A stretch of DNA of 64,000 nucleotides, taken from Phycisphaerae bacterium (GTDB lineage: Bacteria; Planctomycetota; Phycisphaerae; SM23-33). The stretch's first letter is position 1. Each line of letters opens with the position of its first letter. Both the position numbers and the translations under genes were made by a program. Below the pieces are notes generated by a model. That model saw nothing but the letters and a program-made list of their open reading frames with translations, did no database searches and was not told the DNA's origin. The stretch spans positions 53,106-117,105 of the forward strand of contig JAGXKT010000002.1 in the NCBI GenBank assembly GCA_018335035.1, given 5' to 3'. Shown piece after piece: positions 1 to 10,132 of this stretch.

Positions 1-540
1 ATCGACCGATCCGGCTCAATGGCCAGCGGTGGCGCGTTTGACATCCTCGCGAAGAAGCTGGGCGAGTCGCTCGCCGACCTTCGCGCCAGCCAGCAGTTCC
101 ACCTGATCTTCTTCGGCCCCGACGAGCCGGTGGAGAAATCGCCGCGGCGCCTGGTCCCCGCGACGGATGCCAACAAGCGAGCGGCCGCCCCCTTCCTGGG
201 CCGCTTGGTTCCCGAAGGTCAGACGCAGGTCCTGCCGGCATTGAAGCGGGCCTTCGAGGTCTTCGAGGCCGAGCCGAACGAAGGCAAGAAGCTCATTTGC
301 CTGCTGTCCGACGGCGACTTCGAAGGACTCGGGCAGACGAGCAACCGCTACAAGGGCAAGACGGGCAACGAGGCGGTGGTCGCCTGGCTGGCCGATCACA
401 ACAGCGACGACGACAGTGACGGGCGCCGCGACGTGGAGATCCAGACGTTCCTCTATCGCGGGGACGATCCCGACGCCGTCGAGGTCATGAAGAAAATCGC
501 CGCCGAGCACGGCGGGAATTTCACGCACGTAACACAATGA
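1..540 (+). CDS. von Willebrand factor A (vWA) domain protein, 5'-truncated by the window edge
   Basis: Frame is open from base 1 and reads IDRSGSM (MIDAS DxSxS), later GQT and ICLLSDG, ending MKKIAAEHGGNF. Stop overlaps the next ATG (ATGA). Confidence 0.85.
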   Translation: MDRSGSMASGGAFDILAKKLGESLADLRASQQFHLIFFGPDEPVEKSPRRLVPATDANKRAAAPFLGRLVPEGQTQVLPALKRAFEVFEAEPNEGKKLICLLSDGDFEGLGQTSNRYKGKTGNEAVVAWLADHNSDDDSDGRRDVEIQTFLYRGDDPDAVEVMKKIAAEHGGNFTHVTQ

Positions 541-1658
541 TCCGACAACGCACCATAAATCTGGCGGCCGTGGCGATGGCGGTGGTGACCGTCTGCGCCG
601 TCGCACCCGCCGACACGGTCGACGATAACGGTACGGTGTGGCACAACGTACGCGTCAGTGATTGCGCGGACGGCGCGCTGTCGTTCGAGTGGCGTACGCA
701 GTCGCTGTCGCGGCCGCTGGAGCGCATCCGCCGGATCACGCTCTACGATCAGCCGGCGTTCAACAAGGCCGAAAGCCAACTGCAGGAGGCGCCGGCGCGC
801 GCCGTGGCCTTGTACGACCGGGCCGAGAAGAACGCCCGCCGCGACTGGTTGAAACGGTTGATCGCCTACCGGCGGCTGACGGCGCTGGGCAAAGCGGGGC
901 GGATCGGCCAGTGGGTGCGACACTGGGGGCAACTGCTCAAGGAGGGCGACGAACCGCTCGTGGCGGCCGAGTTCCGACCGGCATCGCTCGGGACGCCCGA
1001 GCAGAACGGCCAGGCCTTACAGCACCTGCAATCGCTCCTGGAGGGCGTGGACGACGAGCGAGTCGCGCCGGCGATTCGCGCGGTGATGGCGACGTTGCGT
1101 CGGGCGGGAGCCGATGACGCCGCCGAGGGCAGCGAGGCCGCACCGAGCGAGCGTCCCGCGGCCGACACGCGTGACATGGACGTGTCGGTTCGCGCCGCTG
1201 CCGAGCAGCGCAGCCGGCGCCTGCGAGACATGGAGAGTCTGCTGGCCTCGGGGGATGCCCGGGCAGCGGTTCGTGCCATCGACGCGCAGTTGCCGGAGTT
1301 GACCGACGACGAGCTGCCGCGCGCGCTGTACCTGGCGGGCATGGCTCGGATGAAGGCGTCGCCGGAGGCGTCAAACGCCGCTGAGTTGCTCGCCGAGGCG
1401 GGCGTGATGTTCATGAAGGTGGCCGTGTTCTATCCGTTCGCGGACGACGCGCCTGAGGCGTTGTTGCGGGCGGGGACGGTCAGCGAGCGATTGGGCAACG
1501 ACGGCGGTGCCGCCAGCGCCTACGAGGTGGTTGTGGCGCGGTACGCCGACAGTGCGTCAGCGAAGGCCGCCCGCCGGCGGCTGGCGGCGCTGGCCCGTTC
1601 GGGGGCTGAATCGAGCGAAACGCCGGATGCCGTATCCGGCGAAGGCAATACGGACTGA
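537..1658 (+). CDS. Secreted TPR protein with YbgF/CpoB-like C-terminal TPR
   Basis: N-terminal signal-like segment; C-terminal FYPFADDAPEALLRAG...YEVVVARYADSASAKAARRRL resembles the CpoB/BamD-type TPR; lies upstream of exbB/exbD. Confidence 0.7.
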   Translation: MIRQRTINLAAVAMAVVTVCAVAPADTVDDNGTVWHNVRVSDCADGALSFEWRTQSLSRPLERIRRITLYDQPAFNKAESQLQEAPARAVALYDRAEKNARRDWLKRLIAYRRLTALGKAGRIGQWVRHWGQLLKEGDEPLVAAEFRPASLGTPEQNGQALQHLQSLLEGVDDERVAPAIRAVMATLRRAGADDAAEGSEAAPSERPAADTRDMDVSVRAAAEQRSRRLRDMESLLASGDARAAVRAIDAQLPELTDDELPRALYLAGMARMKASPEASNAAELLAEAGVMFMKVAVFYPFADDAPEALLRAGTVSERLGNDGGAASAYEVVVARYADSASAKAARRRLAALARSGAESSETPDAVSGEGNTD

Positions 1659-1714
1659 GACGTAGCGACCCGACCGGGTCCGGTGAACTGTCAGGACACC
1701 AAGGAGACATCAGC

Positions 1715-2347
1715 ATGGGAATTGAATGGTTCAAGGTATTCTTCGTGCATTGTGGCGGCATCGGCTGGCTGCTCTGGTTGGTCAGCGTCGCCACGCTTGC
1801 GATCATCGTGGAGCACTTCATCTCGATCCGGCGGGCGAACATTCTGCCCGACGAGGTCCATCAGCAGATTCAGAACTACTTCGAGGAGCGGAACTACCGT
1901 GAGGCGATCGAGGTGACCGCCGAAGAGCCCAGCCAGTTGAGCTACATGATTCACGCGGCCCTGTCCGAGGCGTCGCACGGGTACGCCGCCATGGAACGCG
2001 CGATGGAAGAGGCCTCGGAAGAACGCACGACGAAGCTTCTGCGCCACATCGAGTGGCTCAATCTCATCGGAAACGTCGCGCCGATGCTCGGGCTGTTTGG
2101 GACGGTCTGGGGCATGATCAAGGCGTTCTTCCAGATCGTGGACGTGGACGGACAGGCCGATCCGTCCAAGCTGGCCGGCGGCATCGGGACCGCGTTGATG
2201 ACGACGCTGCTGGGCCTGGCCGTTGCGATTCCGTCGCTGGCGGTGTACGCCCTCATGCGCAACCGGATCGACGCGCTGTCCAGCGAAGCGATGCTCGCGT
2301 CGCAGGATTTGATCTCGAACTTCCGCCCGGGCGCCAAGCAGCAGTGA
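1715..2347 (+). CDS. exbB: MotA/TolQ/ExbB proton channel family protein
   Basis: APMLGLFGTVWGMI and GGIGTALMTTLLGLAVAIP motifs, three TM segments, AAGGAG RBS. Confidence 0.92.
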   Translation: MGIEWFKVFFVHCGGIGWLLWLVSVATLAIIVEHFISIRRANILPDEVHQQIQNYFEERNYREAIEVTAEEPSQLSYMIHAALSEASHGYAAMERAMEEASEERTTKLLRHIEWLNLIGNVAPMLGLFGTVWGMIKAFFQIVDVDGQADPSKLAGGIGTALMTTLLGLAVAIPSLAVYALMRNRIDALSSEAMLASQDLISNFRPGAKQQ

Positions 2348-2394
2348 CCCTCACGCGTCCACGCCGCCCCGTGCATGCGGCGAGGAGATGATTC

Positions 2395-2928
2395 ATGGCC
2401 AAGAGCGTGGTTTACAAAAAGAGCGACCAGGCCGGCGAGGTCTCGGTCAACATGACCCCGCTGATCGACATCGTGTTTCAGTTGATCATCTTCTTCATCC
2501 TCGCCAGCCAGTTCGCCTCGGCCGAGGTCGCGCGGCTGTCGTTGCCGTTCCCGCACAACCCGGACCCGGACCGCAGCCCCGTGGTCACGGAGGAGATCGA
2601 AGAAGCGCGCTTGATCATCAACGTCGTCTCGGCGAGCGACCCGCGCTGCCGCAAGGAGTTCATCAATCTCGCGGGCCGCGATCCCGAGCCGGGCGAACTC
2701 GCCTGGTACGTCGTGAACGGAAAGCGGCACTTCGAGGCCCAGGCGTTTGAGAAGATCAAGCAGGCCGTCGCCAGAGCCCGCGACGACGCCAAGGAAGCCG
2801 GTCGCGGCTTCCACGTGGAGATCCGCGCGTCGGCCTCGTTGCAGAACCAGTACGCCCTGTTGCCGCTTCAGGCGGCGATGGCGGCGGACGTGTACGATGC
2901 GCACCTGGTGGTCAAGCCGTCGAACTAA
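2395..2928 (+). CDS. exbD: ExbD/TolR family biopolymer transport protein
   Basis: VNMTPLIDIVFQLIIFFILAS with the conserved TM Asp; GAGGAG RBS. Confidence 0.9.
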   Translation: MAKSVVYKKSDQAGEVSVNMTPLIDIVFQLIIFFILASQFASAEVARLSLPFPHNPDPDRSPVVTEEIEEARLIINVVSASDPRCRKEFINLAGRDPEPGELAWYVVNGKRHFEAQAFEKIKQAVARARDDAKEAGRGFHVEIRASASLQNQYALLPLQAAMAADVYDAHLVVKPSN

Positions 2929-2940
2929 GGGATTGGGCAG

Positions 2941-3477
2941 ATGGAAGCACAGCAGCCAAAGAAAAACGAAAGCAGTGGCCACTACAGATCGCTCCGGCAG
3001 CGGCGCGGGCGCGGCAAGGCCAAGCTCCAGCCCCCCCTGGCGCCGATGATTGACGTGACGTTCCAGTTGCTGATCTTCTTCCTGTTGACGGCAACGTTCA
3101 GCCACGAGGGCAATATCTCCTACAAGTTCCCGCCGCTTGGGGAAGCCGCCGCCGACAAATCCAACGTCATGGCGACCAACGTGGACGTGGATGAGCACGG
3201 CGAGGGCGACAACGCCAGGCCCACGTACACGGTCTTGGCCGATACGTTGGGCAAGGCCAAGATCGAGCCCCCCTCATACGAGTGGGGCCGACGCGCGTTC
3301 AACGCGATGTCGGACGATTTGGCGCGGGCGCTGTCCGAACAACGCCAGAAGGGCGGCGAGGAAGCGCATGCCATCATTCGCCCGGCGAGCGTGGCCGTTC
3401 AGTGGCGCTACGTCGTCGAGGCGTATAACCAGGCGCGGCGGGCGGGTTTCGTGAAGGTCGGAATTGGTTACGAATAG
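2941..3477 (+). CDS. exbD: Second ExbD/TolR family protein
   Basis: PPLAPMIDVTFQLLIFFLLT; C-terminal VQWRYVVEAYNQARRAGFVKVGI. Confidence 0.88.
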   Translation: MEAQQPKKNESSGHYRSLRQRRGRGKAKLQPPLAPMIDVTFQLLIFFLLTATFSHEGNISYKFPPLGEAAADKSNVMATNVDVDEHGEGDNARPTYTVLADTLGKAKIEPPSYEWGRRAFNAMSDDLARALSEQRQKGGEEAHAIIRPASVAVQWRYVVEAYNQARRAGFVKVGIGYE

Positions 3478-3499
3478 GGTCTGATACGAGGGATGCCGC

Positions 3500-6400
3500 A
3501 TGCGGCGACGCACGACAACGCCCGTTCTGGCTTGCTTGACGGCCGTATTGATGACGGTGCTCACGTTGGTCGGGCCCGCCGGCGGGCGCGACGACGCGTC
3601 CGGCGCTTACCGGCAACTGGACGAAGTGCGTCTGGCGGCCGCGCTGGGCCGAATGGGCATGGCGGAGCTTCTCAAAACGCTTCGCGACGAGCGGGCGGGC
3701 GTGGGCGACAGGACGGGCCGCCTGGTCGCCGAGGCCCAACTGCAACTGATCCAAGCGGACCGCGCCACAGAGCGTGACCAACACGTCGCCGCGGTGCAGC
3801 GCGCTGTGGACACGCTGCGCACCGCCGCCGAGAACGTGCCTGAAGACGACGCGTCGGCCGCGGCGTGGGTCAAGCATCTGCGCGTCCGATTCATGCTGGC
3901 CGAAACACTGGCTCTGCGTCAGGCCAGGACCTACGCCAAGGCCGTGCTGTACCTCGAGGCCGGCCCGGACGATCACCGTCACTTCGAGCGCATCACCGCC
4001 GAGGCGATGAGCGTGTTGCGGCAGATGAACGACCGCGCCGAACGTCTGCTGGACGATTGGCGGCGGGCGCCCGGCAGCGAAGGCCTTGAGAACCTGATGG
4101 TCAAGGTTCCGTACGTCAAGCGGTTCCGGCGCGAGATCGTGTTTGACGCGGCATGGATCCGGTTCTATCGCGGTTTGGCGCTGCCGTCGGCGGAGACGGT
4201 CGCGGCGGCGCAAGATGCCGTCAAGGCGGCCGAGACGGCTCAGGACGCGGCCGGCGAGCCCCTGCGAGAGGCCCTGGAGATTCTCCACGTTCCGGTCGAG
4301 GCGCCGGAGGGGCGTGCCGTCGGCGCCTTCCAGCAGACCTGCGATGCGTTGCGAGCGTTGATCGACAAGAGCAGGGCGGGCGAGCTCGGCGAGGACGCGT
4401 CGTGGCAGTTTCGTGCGGCGGGCAACGGGTTGCAGAACGTTCTGCGCCTGCGCGGGGTCCGCCTGCGTGAGGCCAGCGAAGACGTCCAGCAGTTCGTCGA
4501 TGATCCCCAGCAGGGCTTGAAGTACTGGTCCTTGCTGCTCCAGGGCACGGCGCAGCGAGAATTGGACGAGCACGACAAGGCGCAGCGGACGCTGGGACAG
4601 ATTCGCAGCGCCGTACAGGCCCCCGGGGGCCTGGGGACGGTTGGTCCCGAGGTCGCCGTCGATGCCATGTTCCAGCTCGCCCGTAACGAGATCGAGCGCG
4701 ACACGCCCGACCTCGAGCGTGCCGACGAGGCGATCGATCTGTTCGTGAAGGTCGCCGGCAGCGCCGCCGGCGGCAACGTCAGCCGCCGCCAGGGCCTGGA
4801 AATTCGCGGCGCGCTGCTGCGCGTCAAGCTGTACGAGACCCTGGCCGCGCGAGCCGAAGAGCCGGAGGTCGTTCGACGTCACCAACGCCAGGCCGCCTGG
4901 GCCATGTTCGCCTTCGCCAACGAGCAGCAGCGGCTCGCCGAACTGGAGAGTCCGACGGACGAACAGTCCCGCCGGCTCGCCTGGCTGCGCGAGCATGGCG
5001 AAGATCTTCAGTCGTGGCTGTTTGTGGCTCTGGTCGAGGGTATCCAGGAGCGGCCCGCGGGCGAGGGGGCGGATCCGCTCTACGTTCAGGCCCGTCGTCT
5101 GGCGCAGGTCTACGATGCCTTGCCGGACGCCAAGACGGACGAAGGTCGTCGCGAGGTGCTGGCGTCGCTGCGCGACATGCTCGAACAGGAGCCGCCCGCC
5201 GATGCGGAATACGCCAGCGACCGGGAACGCCGCCTGGCGCAGCGCATCTACGTGGCCGCGCGCTGGCAGGCCGGGCTCGTGCTGCACCAGTTGCTTCAAG
5301 GCGAACGCCAGACGCTGTTGCAGGAGGTTACCGAGTTGCGGCGCAAGCTTGCCGGGGGCGACCTGCCGGCGAGCGAGGCCCGAGCGGCCGAGCAGCGCCT
5401 CGACGCCCTGTATGAGCGGCTCACCGCCCCGGCCCGGTTATGGTATGAACTCGCCCAGCGCTACACGGACCATCCGCTGGCATTCAAGGCCGCCCGCAAT
5501 GCGGCGATCACGCTCAATCGGCTCATCAACGCCGGCGGCGATCAGGGAGACGACCTGCCGATCGACGGGGCGCTGGCGAGCATGTGTCGTGACGCGCTGG
5601 AGTTTCTGACGGGGCAGTGGCCGCAGCGCGCGGATATGCGCCAGTGGCGCGGCATGCTGGCGTGGCTTCTGGATCAACTCACGGAGGGCGACGAGATGAC
5701 GGTGGCGCGTCTGCGCCATATGCTGCGCGCGATTCCGATCTTCGAGAAGACGCCGCCGGATGAGCCCACCTACATGCAGGACTGGTACGCCGCGATCGAC
5801 AAGCGGCAGGATCTCTGGCGGAAGCAGCAGCAGTGGGTGGACGTTGTGGCGCAGGTCGAAGACAGCGACGAGCGGACCGAGTTGCGCGAGCGGCTCACGG
5901 AGTATACGGACGCCGAGGCCGAGGCGGAGCTGATTCGCATGTTGGGCGCCTTCGCCGCCGAGACGCTGCGGCGAATGGACGACGCGAACGAAGCGATGCG
6001 CGAGCAGTTGGTCAACTGGGGCAGCAGCGCGGCCTATGCGCGGGCCGCGATGCTGTACGACCGCGCCGAGCGGGAGAGCAATCCCGAGGACATCGATGCC
6101 GCTCTGGCCCAGCTCAGCAAGGTCAACGAGAATTGGCCCGGGACGAAGGAGGCCGACAAGGCCGAACTGCTGGAGATGCAGATTCGCTTTGAGCAGGTCG
6201 ACGAGGAAGACATGGAGGAACTCCTGGGGCGCCTGGAGAAGCTCCTGCAGGATCGTTCGGCGAGCGAGGTCGGCCGGCTCATCGCCGCCCTGTACAGTCT
6301 GCGCGACCGCATGGAGGCGCAGGTCAATCGATTGCGGCGACAGAACATGAGCCCGCGGGTGCGGCGGGAACTGGCGAGGTACGGTCGGCGGTATGCGCTG

Positions 6401-7159
6401 TTTTCCAGGGTGATCTACGAGTACCAGAAGGAAACCAACGGGACCGCCGTGGACAAACCCGTGACGTACGAGGCCTTGACCACGTACGCCGACGCGCTTT
6501 TGGCGGCCGGGCGCACCGATGCGTCGAAGCTCGAGACGGCGATGGCGATGTGGCAGCATGCTCGCGAGGTCGACGAGACCAAGCGCGAGCGTGCGAAGCA
6601 GGAAGTCGAGGAACAGGTTTCCCAGTGGCTGGCGACGCTGGAAGCCGCACGCGGCGACTTGCTGGCGTTGCGAGACCTGGCCGGTGACTGCGTTGCGGCA
6701 TTCAAGGATAATCCCAACGTGCAGCCGTTGCGCGGCGAACCGCGCCGCCTGGTCAAGCTGCACGAGGAGGGGGATGAGCCGGACGTCCTGGCGGCGCGTA
6801 TCGAGCGCGCCTGCAAGCAGTACAGGAAGCACGCCACGCAGGCCGTTGCCGCGGACGCCGTCGTGCTGTACGGGTTGGCGCGGACGTACGCGCAGCAAGG
6901 CGACTACGCCGAGGCGCTGGAGCTGTTCCGCCGTGTTGTGCGCGGTCTGGCGCCGGATCAACCGCGGCCGCCCAAGGCGCCGGAGCTGGGTTCCTTCTGG
7001 GACGTGCAGTTGCGCTACTGCCAGACGTGGCTTGAGGCCAAGGCAAACGATCCGGAACAGATGTCGCAACTGGCCACGTACCTCCGTCAACTTGAAGTGA
7101 CGGATGCCGACGGTTTCCGCATCGTGTACGACGCGGCCATGCGGCGCCGCGGCGGCTGA
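3500..7159 (+). CDS. Very large (1219 aa) exported alpha-helical/TPR protein
   Basis: Signal-peptide-like N-terminus, helical composition, TPR-like LYGLARTYAQQGDYAEALELFRRV, GC-rich third codon positions. Confidence 0.75.
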   Translation: MRRRTTTPVLACLTAVLMTVLTLVGPAGGRDDASGAYRQLDEVRLAAALGRMGMAELLKTLRDERAGVGDRTGRLVAEAQLQLIQADRATERDQHVAAVQRAVDTLRTAAENVPEDDASAAAWVKHLRVRFMLAETLALRQARTYAKAVLYLEAGPDDHRHFERITAEAMSVLRQMNDRAERLLDDWRRAPGSEGLENLMVKVPYVKRFRREIVFDAAWIRFYRGLALPSAETVAAAQDAVKAAETAQDAAGEPLREALEILHVPVEAPEGRAVGAFQQTCDALRALIDKSRAGELGEDASWQFRAAGNGLQNVLRLRGVRLREASEDVQQFVDDPQQGLKYWSLLLQGTAQRELDEHDKAQRTLGQIRSAVQAPGGLGTVGPEVAVDAMFQLARNEIERDTPDLERADEAIDLFVKVAGSAAGGNVSRRQGLEIRGALLRVKLYETLAARAEEPEVVRRHQRQAAWAMFAFANEQQRLAELESPTDEQSRRLAWLREHGEDLQSWLFVALVEGIQERPAGEGADPLYVQARRLAQVYDALPDAKTDEGRREVLASLRDMLEQEPPADAEYASDRERRLAQRIYVAARWQAGLVLHQLLQGERQTLLQEVTELRRKLAGGDLPASEARAAEQRLDALYERLTAPARLWYELAQRYTDHPLAFKAARNAAITLNRLINAGGDQGDDLPIDGALASMCRDALEFLTGQWPQRADMRQWRGMLAWLLDQLTEGDEMTVARLRHMLRAIPIFEKTPPDEPTYMQDWYAAIDKRQDLWRKQQQWVDVVAQVEDSDERTELRERLTEYTDAEAEAELIRMLGAFAAETLRRMDDANEAMREQLVNWGSSAAYARAAMLYDRAERESNPEDIDAALAQLSKVNENWPGTKEADKAELLEMQIRFEQVDEEDMEELLGRLEKLLQDRSASEVGRLIAALYSLRDRMEAQVNRLRRQNMSPRVRRELARYGRRYALFSRVIYEYQKETNGTAVDKPVTYEALTTYADALLAAGRTDASKLETAMAMWQHAREVDETKRERAKQEVEEQVSQWLATLEAARGDLLALRDLAGDCVAAFKDNPNVQPLRGEPRRLVKLHEEGDEPDVLAARIERACKQYRKHATQAVAADAVVLYGLARTYAQQGDYAEALELFRRVVRGLAPDQPRPPKAPELGSFWDVQLRYCQTWLEAKANDPEQMSQLATYLRQLEVTDADGFRIVYDAAMRRRGG

Positions 7160-7217
7160 GCCGGCCCCGGAGACGCCTAGCCGAGGGCTTCCGGTGCGGT
7201 GGAAACGCCGGCGCGAC

Positions 7218-7247
7218 TTGAAGCCCCACGCGTCGGCGGGCTAGAAT
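7218..7247 (+). promoter_or_regulatory. Putative sigma70 promoter for def (probably leaderless)
   Basis: TTGAAG-N18-TAGAAT, with 7 nt to the ATG at 7255 and no SD. Confidence 0.5.
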
Positions 7248-7254
7248 CACGTGT

Positions 7255-7803
7255 ATGAGTGATGACGGACAAGTCGTCGGCGTCGACGGGGACCGGTTGA
7301 CGCTCGTCAAGTACCCGGACCCCCGCCTGCGGAGCCCGTGCCGACCCGTCGGGAAGGTGGACGACGACATCCGCACACTGATCGATCGCATGTTCGAGTT
7401 GATGTTCGCCTTTCGCGGCGTCGGGCTGGCCGGTCCGCAGGTGGGCGTTTCGTTGCGGCTGTTCGTCGCGTCGCCGACGTTCCATACGGATGACCGGCAA
7501 GTCTACATCAACCCCGATATCGTCGCGCTGGACGGTAGCCAGGACGGCGAGGAGGGGTGCCTGAGCTTTCCCGACATCGCCTGCAGGGTCCGTCGCTACC
7601 AGACCGCCACGCTCCGCGCCCTGGACCGCGACGGCGAGCCGTTCGAGCGGGCGGCCGACGGCCTGCTCGCCCGAATCATCCAGCACGAGACCGATCACCT
7701 CGACGGCCGGCTACTCGTCGATCGCATGGGCTCGCTGGCCAAACTGTCGCATCGCGCGGCGTTGAAGGAACTCGAGGCCGCCTACGAGACCGCCCGGCAC
7801 TAG
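7255..7803 (+). CDS. def: Peptide deformylase
   Basis: GVGLAGPQVG, EEGCLSFP and QHETDHLDG motifs. Confidence 0.97.
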   Translation: MSDDGQVVGVDGDRLTLVKYPDPRLRSPCRPVGKVDDDIRTLIDRMFELMFAFRGVGLAGPQVGVSLRLFVASPTFHTDDRQVYINPDIVALDGSQDGEEGCLSFPDIACRVRRYQTATLRALDRDGEPFERAADGLLARIIQHETDHLDGRLLVDRMGSLAKLSHRAALKELEAAYETARH

Positions 7804-7815
7804 GATCATCCCCCC

Positions 7816-9024
7816 ATGGCCGCACGCGCAGGACGCCTTGGGCTGCTGGTCGTGACCGCTGCGTGCTTCGCGGTATCCGTTGCCGATGAGCCGCGCCCGG
7901 CACCGGGCGACGCCGAGACCCGCCCCGCGACGCCGTCACGGTATCCGCGCGTCGCCATGCTCTGGTCACCGGCCGACGTCGAGACCGACACGAAATGGGC
8001 GAACATCGCACGTCATGACGTCATCGTACTCGGTCCGGAGGCGCTGGGCCTTCAGTGGCGCTTCGAGCGCTATCGCGGCCTGGCCGAGGCGTTCGAGCCC
8101 GAAAGCGTCAAGGGCGCCCGAAAGAACCTGCGGACGATTCACGAGCACAACGACCGGGCCGTGGTGCTCGTCGAGCAGTACTACTTCGAGGATGACAAAA
8201 AGGCCTATCCGCCCGAGCACGACTGGTGGCTCCGCGATGAGGACGGCGAGAAGGAGTCGTTCTGGCCGGGCACGTGGAAGATGGACGTTACCGACGCCGG
8301 CTACATCGCCCACGTGGCCCGACGCGTGGAGGCGATCCACAAGGCCGCCGACGGCGCCGCCGGCGTCTTCCTGGACAACGTGCGCTACGATGTCGACAGC
8401 CGCGTCGCCTGGTTGACGCTGCTCAAACACATCCGCCGGCGGTGCGGGGGCGAGATGCCCATTCTCGTCAACGCCGGGTACATGACCGAGCAGCAGGGCT
8501 GGCTGGCGCCGCACGTCAACGGCATCCTGTACGAGGATTCGATTCACTACCGTCACGGGCGGATGGGCGAGGAGGCCTTCTACGAGCGCCTGGCCGCGAC
8601 GGACGCCAAACTCCGCCCGCTGGCCGACGGACGCCGCATCAGCATCAACGAGGTCTTCGGCAAGCGAGCCGACGTCGCCCACATGCGGCGGGAACTGATG
8701 CGTACGCTCGTCTATACCAACATGGCCTTCCTGTACGCCGATTCGACGCACGGGCACCATCACGGCTGGCCCGCACTGTGGGACTGCCCGCTCGGCCCGC
8801 CCGTCGACCAGCCGGCGACGCCGCGAGACGCACGGCTTGCCAGGAGGCGATTCCAGGGCGGCGAGGTGCTCTGGCTTCCCCCATCGGCCGACGAACCGGC
8901 GACCGTGACGCTGGAAGCGCCCATGCGCGACGCCGTCGGCAAGCGGCGGGTTCGGACGATTACCCTTGCGCCCGGCTCAGGCGCGGTGCTGATCCGACCG
9001 GACCGGGACGAGGCGGGCCCATAG
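7816..9024 (+). CDS. Secreted putative glycoside hydrolase (TIM-barrel, GHL15-like)
   Basis: Signal peptide; WWLRDEDG...W.....MDVT and GVFLDN patterns; C-terminal RRFQGGEVL beta domain. Confidence 0.55.
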   Translation: MAARAGRLGLLVVTAACFAVSVADEPRPAPGDAETRPATPSRYPRVAMLWSPADVETDTKWANIARHDVIVLGPEALGLQWRFERYRGLAEAFEPESVKGARKNLRTIHEHNDRAVVLVEQYYFEDDKKAYPPEHDWWLRDEDGEKESFWPGTWKMDVTDAGYIAHVARRVEAIHKAADGAAGVFLDNVRYDVDSRVAWLTLLKHIRRRCGGEMPILVNAGYMTEQQGWLAPHVNGILYEDSIHYRHGRMGEEAFYERLAATDAKLRPLADGRRISINEVFGKRADVAHMRRELMRTLVYTNMAFLYADSTHGHHHGWPALWDCPLGPPVDQPATPRDARLARRRFQGGEVLWLPPSADEPATVTLEAPMRDAVGKRRVRTITLAPGSGAVLIRPDRDEAGP

Positions 9025-9035
9025 GCCCCCGGCGC

Positions 9036-9218
9036 TCAGGCGACCGCGTGGACGTGGAACAGGGCCCCGCATCGCCCGGGCGCGTCGTCATGATCGGCCA
9101 GACGCTGACGCAGATGGCGGACGGAATCGAGTTGCGCGTCACGCTGCCGAGCCAACGTTTGGTCGCTGGGCCTGTCCAGTTGGACTGCCATGCCGCTGGA
9201 TGTGTGGTAGGTTGTCAT
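9036..9218 (-). CDS. Small hypothetical protein (60 aa, MTTYHTSSG...HVHAVA)
   Basis: Fills the intergenic gap without overlap; ATG at 9218 preceded by GAGTG; convergent with the upstream gene. Confidence 0.4.
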   Translation of the reverse strand: MTTYHTSSGMAVQLDRPSDQTLARQRDAQLDSVRHLRQRLADHDDAPGRCGALFHVHAVA

Positions 9219-9511
9219 CGTGTTCACTCGCTTGATGTGGGACCTTGTCAGTGGTGGGGTCCGGTAAGCCGCATCGCCGCGTCTATAGTGTGTATCGTTC
9301 TTCCCGCCGTTCGGCCTTGAGCCCGTTTGCCCCGGCTCGCTGAGGGCCGCTGAGGGCTCGCCCGGCTCGGTCGCGGCATGTTGGCGCCGGGGCGCTGTCG
9401 GGGGCATCGCCGCGGGGCTCTGCCCGCCGCGAAAGGTCGTGCTTGCGACCGCGAGCGGTGTTTTCCGCCGGCGTGCTTGCTCCGGCTGGGGCGACATGGT
9501 TGAATATCCCC

Positions 9512-10132
9512 GTGAAGGCACGCCTTCGGAAGGACATGCAGCGGATGCTGGCCGGGATGCCGGCTGACGTGGCCGCCGCCAAGAGCCGCACCGCCTGCCG
9601 CAACCTGATCGAGCTTGACGCGTTTGACCGCGCCGAGGTCATCATGGTGTACCTGCACATCCCGGACGAGGTCGATACGACGGACGTGGTTCTGGCGGCC
9701 TGGCAACACGACAAACGCGTGGTGGTTCCCGCCGTCGATTGGCAGCGCCGCCGGATGCAGCCGGTGGCGTTGCATTCTCTGGCCGAGGAACACCTGCACG
9801 AGGATGCCTACGGGCTTCGGACCCCGGCCGGTGCGACGCCGGTCGCACCCGCCAGCGTCGACCTGATCGTCGTGCCGGCGCTGGCGTACGACAGGCGGGG
9901 CAACCGCCTCGGGCGCGGAGCCGGGTTTTACGATCGCTTCCTCGCCTGCACGGACGTGCGCGCCGTCGCCTGCGGGCTGGCCTTCGCCGAGCAGGTCGTC
10001 GCGAGCGTGCCGATTCGCGCGAACGACTGGCCGGTGGACATACTCGTGACGGATACGGACGTGTGGACGGTTCCGTCACCCGGACGCCGCGCCGTTGCGG
10101 GCGCACCCCACCCCGTGGAGAAGGACGCATGA
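9512..10132 (+). CDS. ygfA: 5-formyltetrahydrofolate cyclo-ligase
   Basis: KARLRK, EVDT, DLIVVPALAYDRRGNRLGRGAGFYDRFL, DWPVDILVT. GTG start re-picked. Confidence 0.93.
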   Translation: MKARLRKDMQRMLAGMPADVAAAKSRTACRNLIELDAFDRAEVIMVYLHIPDEVDTTDVVLAAWQHDKRVVVPAVDWQRRRMQPVALHSLAEEHLHEDAYGLRTPAGATPVAPASVDLIVVPALAYDRRGNRLGRGAGFYDRFLACTDVRAVACGLAFAEQVVASVPIRANDWPVDILVTDTDVWTVPSPGRRAVAGAPHPVEKDA

